A stretch of DNA of 64,000 nt, taken from an uncultured Eubacteriales bacterium. Lineage in GTDB: Bacteria > Acidobacteriota > Aminicenantia > Aminicenantales > Saccharicenantaceae. Every line of letters begins with the position of its first letter. Positions within the stretch are counted from its first letter, which is position 1. The notes under the pieces were generated by a model. The model was not told where the DNA came from. It saw only the letters and a list, made by a program, of their open reading frames with translations, and ran no database searches. The stretch spans positions 14,910-78,909 of the forward strand of contig CAZZCH010000002.1 in assembly GCA_964652895.1 (NCBI GenBank), read 5' to 3'. This document shows, in pieces, positions 1 to 8,996 of the stretch. Position numbers and translations under genes: made by a program.

Positions 1-100
1 GCCCTACGGATTTTTCCTCCTCCTCATCATGATGTACACCAATATCCTGAATGCCATCTTTACGCCCGTTCAGCGGCTCGTCCTGAGCCTGTTCCGTTAG
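1..100 (+). CDS. 3' end of an upstream membrane-protein gene (tail ...PYGFFLLLIMMYTNILNAIFTPVQRLVLSLFR*), possibly site-2 protease/M50-like
   Basis: Open frame 2 enters from the left edge and stops at TAG 98-100. It is absent from the ORF track because it has no start in the window. The family guess comes only from remembered M50 C-termini. Confidence 0.3.
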   Translation, partial: PYGFFLLLIMMYTNILNAIFTPVQRLVLSLFR

Positions 101-101
101 C

Positions 102-899
102 ATGCCCGAGATCGCCCCCGACCCCATCCTCGCGGCCTCCGAAATCCCGATCCCGTCCGCCCCGACGCCGGAGGGCTACCAGGTCCGCTTAGACGTCTTC
201 GAAGGCCCCCTGGACCTCCTCCTCTTCCTCATCCGTAAGAAGAAGATCGACATCCACGACATCCCCATCGCCGCCATCACCCGCAACTACCTCGAGTACC
301 TCAACCGCAAGACCGAGATTAATCTCGACCGCGAGGCCGAGTTCCTGTTCGTCGCGGCACTCCTGATCTATATCAAGTCCCAGATGCTCCTGCCCCGGGA
401 GACCGACCTGGCCGAGCACGAGGACCCGCGCCTAGTCCTGGTCAACCGCCTGCTCGAATACCAGAAGATCAAGGCCGCCTGCTCTCTCCTCCGGGAACGT
501 GAGGACATCCAGATCCTCCAGTGGAAGAGGAATTTCGTTCCGCCTCTCCGCGGCGAAAGCGAGCTCGAACCCGTGGAGCTGTCGCTCTTTGATCTGTCCG
601 AATCGTTCTTCCTCATGATGAAGAGGCGGTCCGCCGACGAAACCCGGACGATCCGCGGCCGGGACGTCTCGGTCGAGGTCAAGATGAAGGAGCTCGTCGG
701 ACTCCTCCGGGAACGGCATATGTTCGACTTCCTCGAGTATTTCGAGGCCAACGCCTCGCTCGAAGAAGCCCTGGTTTCCTTTTTCTGCATCCTCGAGCTG
801 GTCAAGTCCCGGGTGGCGGTCGCCGTCCAGGACGAGCTCTTCCAGACCATTCGGGTCTGGCTCCGTAAGGACGCGCACAGGACGGATCATCATGAATAG
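102..899 (+). CDS. scpA: Segregation and condensation protein A (kleisin)
   Basis: 265 aa. N-terminal DVFEGPLDLLLFLIRKKKIDIHDIPIAAIT is typical of ScpA. Overlaps scpB by 8 nt. Confidence 0.85.
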   Translation: MPEIAPDPILAASEIPIPSAPTPEGYQVRLDVFEGPLDLLLFLIRKKKIDIHDIPIAAITRNYLEYLNRKTEINLDREAEFLFVAALLIYIKSQMLLPRETDLAEHEDPRLVLVNRLLEYQKIKAACSLLREREDIQILQWKRNFVPPLRGESELEPVELSLFDLSESFFLMMKRRSADETRTIRGRDVSVEVKMKELVGLLRERHMFDFLEYFEANASLEEALVSFFCILELVKSRVAVAVQDELFQTIRVWLRKDAHRTDHHE

Positions 900-1440
900 C
901 CCCCTCAAGAACATCGTCGAGTCGCTCATCTTCGTTTCCCAGGAGCCCCTGACCTTGGAACGGATCCAGGCCGTGCTCGAGGACGTCCCGGCCGCCGACA
1001 TCCAGGCCGCCGTCGACGAACTCATCGCCGACACCGCCGCGGACGGCAGGGGCGTCCAGATCATCCATGTCGGAGGCGGCTGGCTGTTCTCGACCAAACC
1101 GGCCTTCGACCGGGAGGTCCGGCGCCTCCTTCAGATCGAGCGCAAGAACAGGCTGTCGTCGGCCGGGCTCGAAACGTTGGCCGCGATCGCCTACCGCCAA
1201 CCGGTGACCCAGGCCGAAGTCTCGGCGATCCGGGGCGTCGATTCGACCTCCTCGCTGAAGACGCTCCTCGAAAAAGGCCTGATCAAGATCGTCGGACGGA
1301 AGAAGGCGCCGGGAAACCCGCTCGTCTACAGGACGTCCGGCGAGTTCCTTCTCTACTTGGGGCTCAACGGCCTCGACGAACTCCCCTCCGAGGAGGAGAT
1401 CGCCAAGATCCTGCAGGAGGATAAGGCCGCCGACGCTTAG
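892..1440 (+). CDS. scpB: Segregation and condensation protein B
   Basis: 182 aa. SLIFVSQEPLTLERI and LETLAAIAYRQPVTQAEVSAIRGV winged-helix signatures. Coupled to scpA. Confidence 0.85.
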   Translation: MNSPLKNIVESLIFVSQEPLTLERIQAVLEDVPAADIQAAVDELIADTAADGRGVQIIHVGGGWLFSTKPAFDREVRRLLQIERKNRLSSAGLETLAAIAYRQPVTQAEVSAIRGVDSTSSLKTLLEKGLIKIVGRKKAPGNPLVYRTSGEFLLYLGLNGLDELPSEEEIAKILQEDKAADA

Positions 1441-1472
1441 TCCCTAAGTGTAGACGACGCCTTGACTTAGAG

Positions 1473-1501
1473 TTGACAACACGAGATTTTGTGTATAGTA
1501 T
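1473..1501 (+). promoter_or_regulatory. Sigma70-like promoter for rpsA (TTGACA-17 nt-TAGTAT)
   Basis: TTGACA at 1473-1478 and TAGTAT at 1496-1501 with a 17-nt spacer. Lies in a locally AT-rich gap about 70 nt upstream of the rpsA ATG. Confidence 0.45.
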
Positions 1502-1567
1502 GAGTCGTTCTTTCCGGACCCTTGGAGAAGGGACGCATCAGAATTTCCTTTTCAGGAGCAACGTGCC

Positions 1568-3316
1568 ATGACCGAGTCGACCAAACAGCCGGACCACGAC
1601 GACAAGATGTCGTCGCAAGACTACGAAAACCTGTTGGACCGCTACCAATTCAGTACGACGGAAATCACCATGGGGAAGATCCTCAAGGGGAGGATCATCA
1701 AGAAGACCCCGACCCATGTCGTCGTGGACATCGGCTTCAAGACCGAGGGCCTCATCTCCAATGAGGATTTCACCGACCCCAAGGCGCTCGAGGAACTGCA
1801 GCCCGGCGGCGAGATCGAGACCATGCTCGAGAATACCGACATCAAGGACGGTTACCTCCTCCTGTCCAAGAAGCGCGCGGACGGACTCCGCGCCATCGAG
1901 AACCTGGGCGCAGCCTTTGAGCGCGGCCTGACGGTCACCGGCACGATCACGGAAAGGACCAGGGGCGGTTTCAACGTCGACGTCGGCATCCCGGCCTTCT
2001 TGCCCGAATCCCACGTCGACATCCGGCAGGTTAGGGACACTTCAGCCCTCATCGGAAAGACCTTCAAGTTCCGGGTCATAAAATACGACCGAAGGACCGA
2101 GAACGCCGTCCTTTCACGCAAGCTCCTCCTCCAGGAAGAGCGGGAGGAGAAAAAGAAGCGGGTGTTCGGGAATCTGGCCAAGGGGCAGAAGCTCACGGGG
2201 CAGGTCAAGTCCCTGACCAATTTCGGCGCCTTTGTCGACCTCGGCGGCATCGAGGGCCTTCTCCACGTCTCGGACATCTCCTGGGGCAAGGGCGCCCATC
2301 CGGCCGACTATCTGAGCACCGGCCAGCAGATCGAGGTCGTCGTTCTCGACTTCAACGAGAGGGACGAGAAGATTTCCCTCGGGCTGAAGCAGCTCACGCC
2401 CGACCCCTGGGCGAACATCGCCGAGAAATACCAGGCCGGTCAGAAGATCACCGGGAAAGTCTCGAGCCTGACCGACTTCGGCGCTTTCGTCGAGCTCGAG
2501 AAGGGCGTCGAAGGGCTCGTCCACATCTCCGATCTGACCTGGTCCCGCAAGCTTGTCCACCCCAAAAAAGTCCTGAGCCCGGGCCAGGAGGTTACCGTCA
2601 CCGTCCTCGACGTCAACCCGACGACGAAGCGCATCTCCCTGGGCCTCAAGCAGGTCTCCCCCCACCCGCTGGAGACCTTCAAGCAGAAGCACGGTGTCGG
2701 CGCCCGGGTCAAGGGAGTGGTGACCAGCCTGACCGATTTCGGCGCCTTCGTCGAGGTCGAGAAGGGCATCGAGGGGCTCGTCCACATCTCCGATATCAGC
2801 TGGGAGAAGGTCAAGCATCCGTCCGAGAAGCTACAGCCCGGCCAGGAGGTCGAGACCCTCGTCCTCAACATCGACGTCGACAGGCAGAAGGTCTCTCTGG
2901 GGATGAAGCAGCTCGAGGGGGATATCTGGGAGGATTTCTTCAGCCGCCAGAAGGCCGGCGACATCGTCAAGGTCAAGATCGTCCGCCTGACGGACTTCGG
3001 CGCCTTCGTCGAGATCATTCCGGGCATCGAGGGGGTCATCTTCACCTCGGAGCTCGACGAGAAGAAGCTCGAGAAACCCTCCGACGGCTTCGCCGTCGGC
3101 GACGAACGGAACGCCAAGATCATCCGGCTGAACCCCAAGGCCAAGAAGATCTCCCTGAGCTTCAAGCAGGCTTTGTACGACATCGAGAAGCAGGATTTCC
3201 AACGCTTCATGGATTCGCAGAACGACCGGATGACCCTTGGCGACATCATGAAAGACCAGCTGAAAGGCATCAGAGCTCCGAAGAAGAGGACCAAAAAGGA
3301 GGACTCCCATGATTAA
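1568..3316 (+). CDS. rpsA: 30S ribosomal protein S1
   Basis: 582 aa with six repeated S1 domains (G.V...T.FGAFV.L..G.EGL.H.S). AGGAG lies 9 nt upstream of the start. Confidence 0.9.
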   Translation: MTESTKQPDHDDKMSSQDYENLLDRYQFSTTEITMGKILKGRIIKKTPTHVVVDIGFKTEGLISNEDFTDPKALEELQPGGEIETMLENTDIKDGYLLLSKKRADGLRAIENLGAAFERGLTVTGTITERTRGGFNVDVGIPAFLPESHVDIRQVRDTSALIGKTFKFRVIKYDRRTENAVLSRKLLLQEEREEKKKRVFGNLAKGQKLTGQVKSLTNFGAFVDLGGIEGLLHVSDISWGKGAHPADYLSTGQQIEVVVLDFNERDEKISLGLKQLTPDPWANIAEKYQAGQKITGKVSSLTDFGAFVELEKGVEGLVHISDLTWSRKLVHPKKVLSPGQEVTVTVLDVNPTTKRISLGLKQVSPHPLETFKQKHGVGARVKGVVTSLTDFGAFVEVEKGIEGLVHISDISWEKVKHPSEKLQPGQEVETLVLNIDVDRQKVSLGMKQLEGDIWEDFFSRQKAGDIVKVKIVRLTDFGAFVEIIPGIEGVIFTSELDEKKLEKPSDGFAVGDERNAKIIRLNPKAKKISLSFKQALYDIEKQDFQRFMDSQNDRMTLGDIMKDQLKGIRAPKKRTKKEDSHD

Positions 3317-3584
3317 GGTCGATCTGATCAACAAGATCTCCCAGGAAATGAGCATCCCGAAGCAGGAAGCCGAAGAGGGCGTGAACCTGTTCTTCGAGAC
3401 GATCCGCGAGGCCATCCTCCGGGGCGAGGAGATCGAGATCCGAGGTTTCGGAAGTTTCCGCTTCCGTAAACGGACCGCGCGCGCCGGGCGCAACCCCCGG
3501 ACGGGCGAGCCGGTGAAGGTCCCGCCGAAAAAGGTCCTTTACTTCAAGCCGAGCAAGCTCCTCAAGGAGATGATCAACAAGTAA
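3309..3584 (+). CDS. HU/IHF family DNA-binding protein
   Basis: 91 aa. GFGSFRFRKRTARAGRNPRTGEPVKVPPKKV is the DNA-binding arm of HU/IHF. Overlaps the rpsA stop by 8 nt. Confidence 0.8.
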   Translation: MIKVDLINKISQEMSIPKQEAEEGVNLFFETIREAILRGEEIEIRGFGSFRFRKRTARAGRNPRTGEPVKVPPKKVLYFKPSKLLKEMINK

Positions 3585-4126
3585 TGCGCTATATCTCCGC
3601 GCCCTGGAGAGCCGACTACGTCCGCAAAGCCCTGAGCATGAAACGCTGCATTTTTTGCGAGGCTATGAAGAGCCGTGACGACCGCTCCGCGGCCGTCGTC
3701 TACCGGGGCCGCCGCAACTTCATCCTGCTGAACAGGTACCCTTACACGCCGGGCCACCTGCTGATCGCCCCCAAACGGCACGTGGCGGACTTCGCCGAGG
3801 CCCGCCCCGATGAGCGGGCCGAGCTGGCCGACCTGCTCCAGGTCGCCCTCCGCGTCCTCCGCGTCCATTGCGCTCCCCACGGGTTCAACACCGGAATGAA
3901 TCTGGGCGCGAGCGCCGGGGCGGGGGTCGCCGGGCACTACCATCTCCATGTCGTCCCGCGCTGGACGGGAGACGCCAATTTCATGCCCCTCGTCGGGGCG
4001 ACGCGGGTCTTCATCGAGGACCTGGACACGACCTACCAGAAACTCCGCCCTCTTTTCGATGTAGAACGGGCAAGACGGGAGCGCGCCGGGCGCATGAAAA
4101 GGTCGCCCGCAGTCCATTCGAGGTGA
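3584..4126 (+). CDS. HIT family protein (histidine triad nucleotide hydrolase/transferase)
   Basis: 180 aa. Histidine triad GHYHLHVVPR. The ATG overlaps the TAA of the preceding gene. Confidence 0.8.
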   Translation: MRYISAPWRADYVRKALSMKRCIFCEAMKSRDDRSAAVVYRGRRNFILLNRYPYTPGHLLIAPKRHVADFAEARPDERAELADLLQVALRVLRVHCAPHGFNTGMNLGASAGAGVAGHYHLHVVPRWTGDANFMPLVGATRVFIEDLDTTYQKLRPLFDVERARRERAGRMKRSPAVHSR

Positions 4127-4130
4127 ATCC

Positions 4131-6059
4131 ATGCTTAAATCATTGAGACGCAACGTGAAGTCGCTCAAGCCCATCCTTTGGCTCATCGTCGCGACGTTTA
4201 TCGTCGCCATCTTCGCCATCTGGGGCGGCGCGGGCCGGCTGGGCGAGTCCAACAGGTCTGACACGCTGGCCAACGTCGGCAGTGAGAAGATCTCCTCCGA
4301 CGAATATTTCCAGGCCCTCCGCTCGCGGCTCGAGGCCATGCAGAAGCAGTTCGGCGACCTCAACGCCAACCTCATTCAGCAGCTCGGAGTCCCCCAGCAG
4401 ACCCTGGAACAGCTCGTCCAACAAAGGCTCCTCCTCCAGATCGCCACGGATATGGGCCTGCGGGCGACCGATAAGGAAGTCCGGGCGAAGATCGTCGCTT
4501 ATCCCGCCTTTCAAAGGGACGGGCAGTTCATCGGCTTCGAGGAATACAAGCGGGTCCTGGATTACAACCGCATCCCCCTCGGGGATTTCGAGAACGGCCT
4601 GCGGCAGGACGTCATCATCGGCAAGGTCGTCCGCGTCTTGACGGCCGGCATCATAGTCACCGACGAAGCGGTCTGGGAAAGCTACCGGAAGCAGAACGAC
4701 TCGGCTAAGATCGAGTACCTCGTCGCCGAGACGGCCAAGGTCGAGGTCACCGAGAAGCCGACCGAGGCCGCACTCCGGGCCCACTTCGACAAGAATGCCG
4801 CAGCGTACAAGATCCCCGAGAAGCGGACCGCCGACTACCTCGTTGTGAAGACCGAAGATCTCAAGAAAGAGGTCGCGGTCAAGGACGCCGAGATCGACAA
4901 GTACTACAGGGACAACACGGCCCAATTCCAGGAGCCCGATAAGGTCCGGGCGAGCCGGATCTGGCTGCCCTTCATGGCCGCCGACCGGGAGTCCATCTTG
5001 GCCCGGGCGCGTGACGTCCAGAAGAGGGCCGCGGGCGGCGAGGACTTCGCCGGCTTGGCCAAAGCCTTTTCCAAGGATGACAAGGCCGCGAGCGGCGGCG
5101 ACTGGGGGCTCTTCGATTGGAAATCCCTGACCGCCCCGGAAACCGCGGCCGTCGAGAAACTCGACAAGGACGGCGTGTCGGACGTCGTGGAGACCGAGGG
5201 CGGGGCGGCCGTCTTCAAGGTCACCGAGAAGGCGCCGGCCGTGGCCAAGCCGCTGGCCGAGGTGAGCGCCACGATCAAGGGCATCCTCGTGGACCAGAAG
5301 GCGCGGGCCCTTGTCGCCGAGAGGATCCAGCGCCTCGAGAAACTGGCCCGCAAAGATAAGAGCCTCGACGCCGCCGCTCAAAGGGAAGGGCTCAAGGTGA
5401 GTTCGACGGGCGCGCTCAAGAGGGGCGACGCTTTGGGCAATTTCGACAGCGCGGGAGCCGTGAGCGAAACGCTCTTCGGCCTCAAGAAGAAAGAGATCTC
5501 GTCGCCGGTCTTCACCTACGCCGGCGAAGCCCTGGCCGAGCTCCGGGCCATCGAGCCCGAACGGCCGGCGAAGTTCGAGGAAGTCCGCGACCAGGTCGAG
5601 AAGGAGGTCCTCGACGGCCTGAAAAAGGAGAAGGCCCTGGAAAAGCTCCGCGGGGTCCGGGCGTCCCTTAAGGACGACTGGAGCGCGGAGGCCTCCAAGC
5701 TCAAGCTCGAGTACCAGTTCGTCGAGGTCCATAAGAAAGAGCAGTACCTGACCCTTGTCGGCGAGAGCCCCGAGGTCGACCGTCTTGTCTTCGGCCTGCC
5801 CATCAAGCAGGCGAGCGAGCCGGTCGTCGTCGACGCGGGCTACGCCCTTTTCCGTGTCCTCGAGAGGAAGGAAGTCAGCCGCGAGGAATTCGACAAGGTC
5901 AAGGCGACCGAGCAGAAGACCCTGCTCGAGCAGGAAAAGAACAAGTTCCTTCAGTCCTACATGGCCAAGGCCCGCGGAGAGAAAAAGGTCCGGATCAATT
6001 ACGACGCCTTCCTCCGCATCAACAACGACGTCATGTCGAGGTTTTCGAAGACATCCTGA
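4131..6059 (+). CDS. PpiD-like periplasmic chaperone / peptidyl-prolyl isomerase (SurA N-terminal domain type)
   Basis: 642 aa with a single N-terminal TM helix (ILWLIVATFIVAIFAIWG). SurA_N-like region and a parvulin-like segment (...FSKDDKAASGGDWGLFDW). Confidence 0.65.
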   Translation: MLKSLRRNVKSLKPILWLIVATFIVAIFAIWGGAGRLGESNRSDTLANVGSEKISSDEYFQALRSRLEAMQKQFGDLNANLIQQLGVPQQTLEQLVQQRLLLQIATDMGLRATDKEVRAKIVAYPAFQRDGQFIGFEEYKRVLDYNRIPLGDFENGLRQDVIIGKVVRVLTAGIIVTDEAVWESYRKQNDSAKIEYLVAETAKVEVTEKPTEAALRAHFDKNAAAYKIPEKRTADYLVVKTEDLKKEVAVKDAEIDKYYRDNTAQFQEPDKVRASRIWLPFMAADRESILARARDVQKRAAGGEDFAGLAKAFSKDDKAASGGDWGLFDWKSLTAPETAAVEKLDKDGVSDVVETEGGAAVFKVTEKAPAVAKPLAEVSATIKGILVDQKARALVAERIQRLEKLARKDKSLDAAAQREGLKVSSTGALKRGDALGNFDSAGAVSETLFGLKKKEISSPVFTYAGEALAELRAIEPERPAKFEEVRDQVEKEVLDGLKKEKALEKLRGVRASLKDDWSAEASKLKLEYQFVEVHKKEQYLTLVGESPEVDRLVFGLPIKQASEPVVVDAGYALFRVLERKEVSREEFDKVKATEQKTLLEQEKNKFLQSYMAKARGEKKVRINYDAFLRINNDVMSRFSKTS

Positions 6060-6112
6060 GTCTCACCGCCTGAGTTTCGCCCGATACCAACGAACTTAGA
6101 AAGGAGACCCCA

Positions 6113-6779
6113 ATGGAGGCGTCCACGAAATCCCTCCCGCCCGAGGCCGCCATCCCCGTGGCCATCCTGGCCGTCGGCATCGGCGCCATCTTCATGGCCG
6201 GCGTCCTGGGCATCATCAAGTCCATGCCGGTCATGATCAAGTCGTTCTCGCTCGGCTTCCGCGAGATCTTCAAGGGCAAGAAAGCGGGCGCGGCCGCGGA
6301 GCTGAGGACGAACCGCGACATCAAGATGAAGACGATCATCCTGGGGCTCCTGGCCACGGCCGCCGGCCTCTTCTTCTACTTCCTCTGGATCTCGAACCTC
6401 AAACTGGCCATCATCGGCGTCCTGATCTGCGTCCTCCTCTCGTTCCTGTTCACCACGGTCGCCGCCTACGCCATCGCCATCGTCGGGACGAACCCGGTCT
6501 CGGGCATGACCCTGATCACGATCATCCTGTCGAGCGTCGTCCTCCTCGGGGCGGGGCTGTCGGGGGAACAGGGGATGGCCGTCGCCCTTCTCATCGGCGC
6601 GGTCGTCTGCACGGCCCTGTCGATCTCCGGGAGCTTCGTCACCGACCTCAAGATCGGCTACTGGCTCGGGGCGACGCCGCGCCCGCGGCCTGGTTCACGG
6701 GCTACGGGCAGGTCATCAGTCTCGTCGCGTTCATCCTGCTCTGCACCTTCGTCTACGTGGACGCGCGGCGGACGAAATA
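6113..6779 (+). pseudogene. Remnant of an OPT-family oligopeptide transporter (5'-truncated, internal deletion or frameshift)
   Basis: Only the central OPT region is present (GTNPVSGMTLITI, DLKIGYWLGATPR). After ...GATPR the frame becomes low-complexity junk. Another frame reads a TM-like C-terminus, AAWFTGYGQVISLVAFILLCTFVYVDARRTK*, ending at 6779. Confidence 0.6.
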
Positions 6780-6798
6780 ACGGGAACGGAGGAAATCC

Positions 6799-7746
6799 AT
6801 GAAAGCGAACAAGCTCTATGCGGCGGCCGACCGGGCCATCAATCAAGCCCTCAGGATCAAACCCGGGGAGAAGTTCCTGCTGGTCACGGACAAACAGAAA
6901 TTGGAGATCGCCGAGGCCCTGGCCTACTACGCCAAGCAGGCCGGCGCCGAGACGACGACCTACCTCATGACCGAGACCCTGCGGCCCATCACGGAGCCGA
7001 CGCGGCAGTTCAAAGAGCTGATCCGCACCGCCTCGGTCACGGTCTACATGCTCGAGGGCCGGTTCCCGGAAAAACCCTTCCGCGGCTTCATGGTCTCCGC
7101 GGGCGGCAAGAACGGCCGCATCTGCATGATGCCCGGCCTGACCCGGGACATGATGGAGCGGCTCGTCAACATCGATTTTTCGGAGATGGACAAATTTACG
7201 AAAAAGGTCATGCGGGCCATGAAGGACGCCGACGATGTCGTCGTCGAAAACCCGGCCGGCACGCGGATCGCGTTCAGCGTCAAGGGCCGGGTCTGGCACA
7301 ACGATAACGGGAACATCAGCAAGAAGCACATGCACGGCAACCTGCCGGCCGGCGAATGCTACACGGCCCCGGTCGAGGAGACCTTCACGGGAAAGCTCGT
7401 CATCAGCCTCATCGACGACAAGCTCGGCCACGGGGAGATGACGTTCAAGCGGGGCAAGCTGGTCGATTTCAAGGGCAAGGGCATCGCCGAGGTCATCGCC
7501 ACGATCGGCTCCGACAAGACCGGCAGGATCGTCGGCGAGTTCGGCATCGGCACCAACAAGGGCGCCCGGATATGCCCCAACATGCTCGAGGCCGAGAAAG
7601 CCTTCGGAACGGTCCACTTCGCCATCGGCGACTCCTACGGCATCGGCACGAACAAGAGTCAATACCACTTCGACGCCCTGGTCGACAAGGTGACCATCAA
7701 GGCCAAAGGCAAAACCATCGCCAAGAACGGCAAGTTCCTCATTTGA
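6799..7746 (+). CDS. Aminopeptidase, M29 (AmpS/aminopeptidase T)-like
   Basis: 315 aa. Motifs GECYTAPVEE, GEFGIGTN and HFAIGDSYG. GGAGG lies upstream of the start. Confidence 0.65.
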   Translation: MKANKLYAAADRAINQALRIKPGEKFLLVTDKQKLEIAEALAYYAKQAGAETTTYLMTETLRPITEPTRQFKELIRTASVTVYMLEGRFPEKPFRGFMVSAGGKNGRICMMPGLTRDMMERLVNIDFSEMDKFTKKVMRAMKDADDVVVENPAGTRIAFSVKGRVWHNDNGNISKKHMHGNLPAGECYTAPVEETFTGKLVISLIDDKLGHGEMTFKRGKLVDFKGKGIAEVIATIGSDKTGRIVGEFGIGTNKGARICPNMLEAEKAFGTVHFAIGDSYGIGTNKSQYHFDALVDKVTIKAKGKTIAKNGKFLI

Positions 7747-8918
7747 GATACGATTTCGACAAGATCATCGACCGGACGGGAACGGAATCCCTGAAGTGGA
7801 TCTTCCCCCGCAAGGTCCTCAAGGCCGAGGACGCCATCCCGATGTGGGTGGCCGATATGGATTTCGAGGCGCCGCCCGCGGTCGTCGAGGCCCTCTCCCG
7901 CCGGGCCGCCCACGGCGTCTTCGGCTATCCCCTCGTGCCGGCCTCCTTCTGGCAAGCCGCGATCGGCTGGCTCGGACGCCGTCATGGCTGGGACGTCCGC
8001 AAGGAATGGATGGCCATGACCCCGGGCATCGTTCCCGCCCTCAACTACTGTGTCCGCGCCTTCACCAAGCCGAGCGCCGGCGTCATCATCCAGACGCCCG
8101 TGTACTTTCCCTTCTATCACGCGATCGAGAACAACGGCCGCCGCGTCATCCGGAACCCTCTCCGGTTCGATGGCCGGCGCTACACGATGGACCTCGACGA
8201 CCTCGAAAAGAAGATCGACCAAGGCGGCCGGATGCTCATCCTCTGCAGTCCTCACAATCCGGTCGGCCGCGTCTGGACCCGCGACGAGCTCGAGGCCCTC
8301 GGCCGCCTCGTCGTGGCCCGCGACCTGGTCGTCCTCTCGGATGAGATCCACCACGACCTCGTCTATCGCGACCGCCGGCATCAGGTCTTCGCCGCGCTCT
8401 CCCCGGAACTGGCGAGTCGCACGGTCACCTGCATCGCTCCGAGCAAGACCTTCAACATCCCCGGCCTGTCCACGGCTGCCGTCATCGCTTCCAACCCCGA
8501 CTTCCTCAAAGCCTTCGAGGACGAGAAGGAGCGGGCCGGATTCGAGCTCGGCCAGATCTTCGGCATCGTCGGTTTCGAAGCTGCCTACGCCCACGGCGGG
8601 GACTGGCTCGACGAGCTCCTGCCCTACCTCGAGGCCAATGTCGATTTCCTGGAAAAGTTCCTGGAGGAGCGGATCCCCGCGATCCGCCTCGTCCGGCCGG
8701 AGGGGACGTATCTCGCCCTCCTCGACTGCCGCGGTCTCGGCCTCGATCCCGCCGCGCTCACGGACTTTTTCCTCAAGAAGGCCGGCGTGTATCTCAACGA
8801 CGGGGCGATGTTCGGGGAGGAGGCGGCCGGCTTCGTGCGCATCAACTTCGCCTGCCCCCGGGCCCTTCTCGTGGAGGCACTGGAGCGGATCAGGCAGGCC
8901 GTCGAGGGGCTCGGCTGA
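7743..8918 (+). CDS. PatB/MalY-type PLP-dependent cystathionine beta-lyase (class I/II aminotransferase fold)
   Basis: YDFDKIIDRTGTESLKW N-terminus and SKTFNIPG PLP-lysine motif. TTG start at 7743 overlaps the upstream stop (TTGA). The 5' extension to 7356 in the ORF track is an out-of-frame overlap of the aminopeptidase gene. Confidence 0.8.
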   Translation: MRYDFDKIIDRTGTESLKWIFPRKVLKAEDAIPMWVADMDFEAPPAVVEALSRRAAHGVFGYPLVPASFWQAAIGWLGRRHGWDVRKEWMAMTPGIVPALNYCVRAFTKPSAGVIIQTPVYFPFYHAIENNGRRVIRNPLRFDGRRYTMDLDDLEKKIDQGGRMLILCSPHNPVGRVWTRDELEALGRLVVARDLVVLSDEIHHDLVYRDRRHQVFAALSPELASRTVTCIAPSKTFNIPGLSTAAVIASNPDFLKAFEDEKERAGFELGQIFGIVGFEAAYAHGGDWLDELLPYLEANVDFLEKFLEERIPAIRLVRPEGTYLALLDCRGLGLDPAALTDFFLKKAGVYLNDGAMFGEEAAGFVRINFACPRALLVEALERIRQAVEGLG

Positions 8919-8996
8919 CACGGCCGCTCCTTGACGGCCGCGGACGATTCTCCTATCATCCCGGGCGACGGCCGGAGTGAAGAGCGGAGGAGCGCA

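Noticed and set aside
7356-7742. N-terminal 129-aa extension of the PatB/MalY ORF
   Set aside because: It overlaps the aminopeptidase gene out of frame and is Arg/Gly/His-rich junk. The homologous N-terminus (YDFDKIIDR) starts right at the TTG at 7743.
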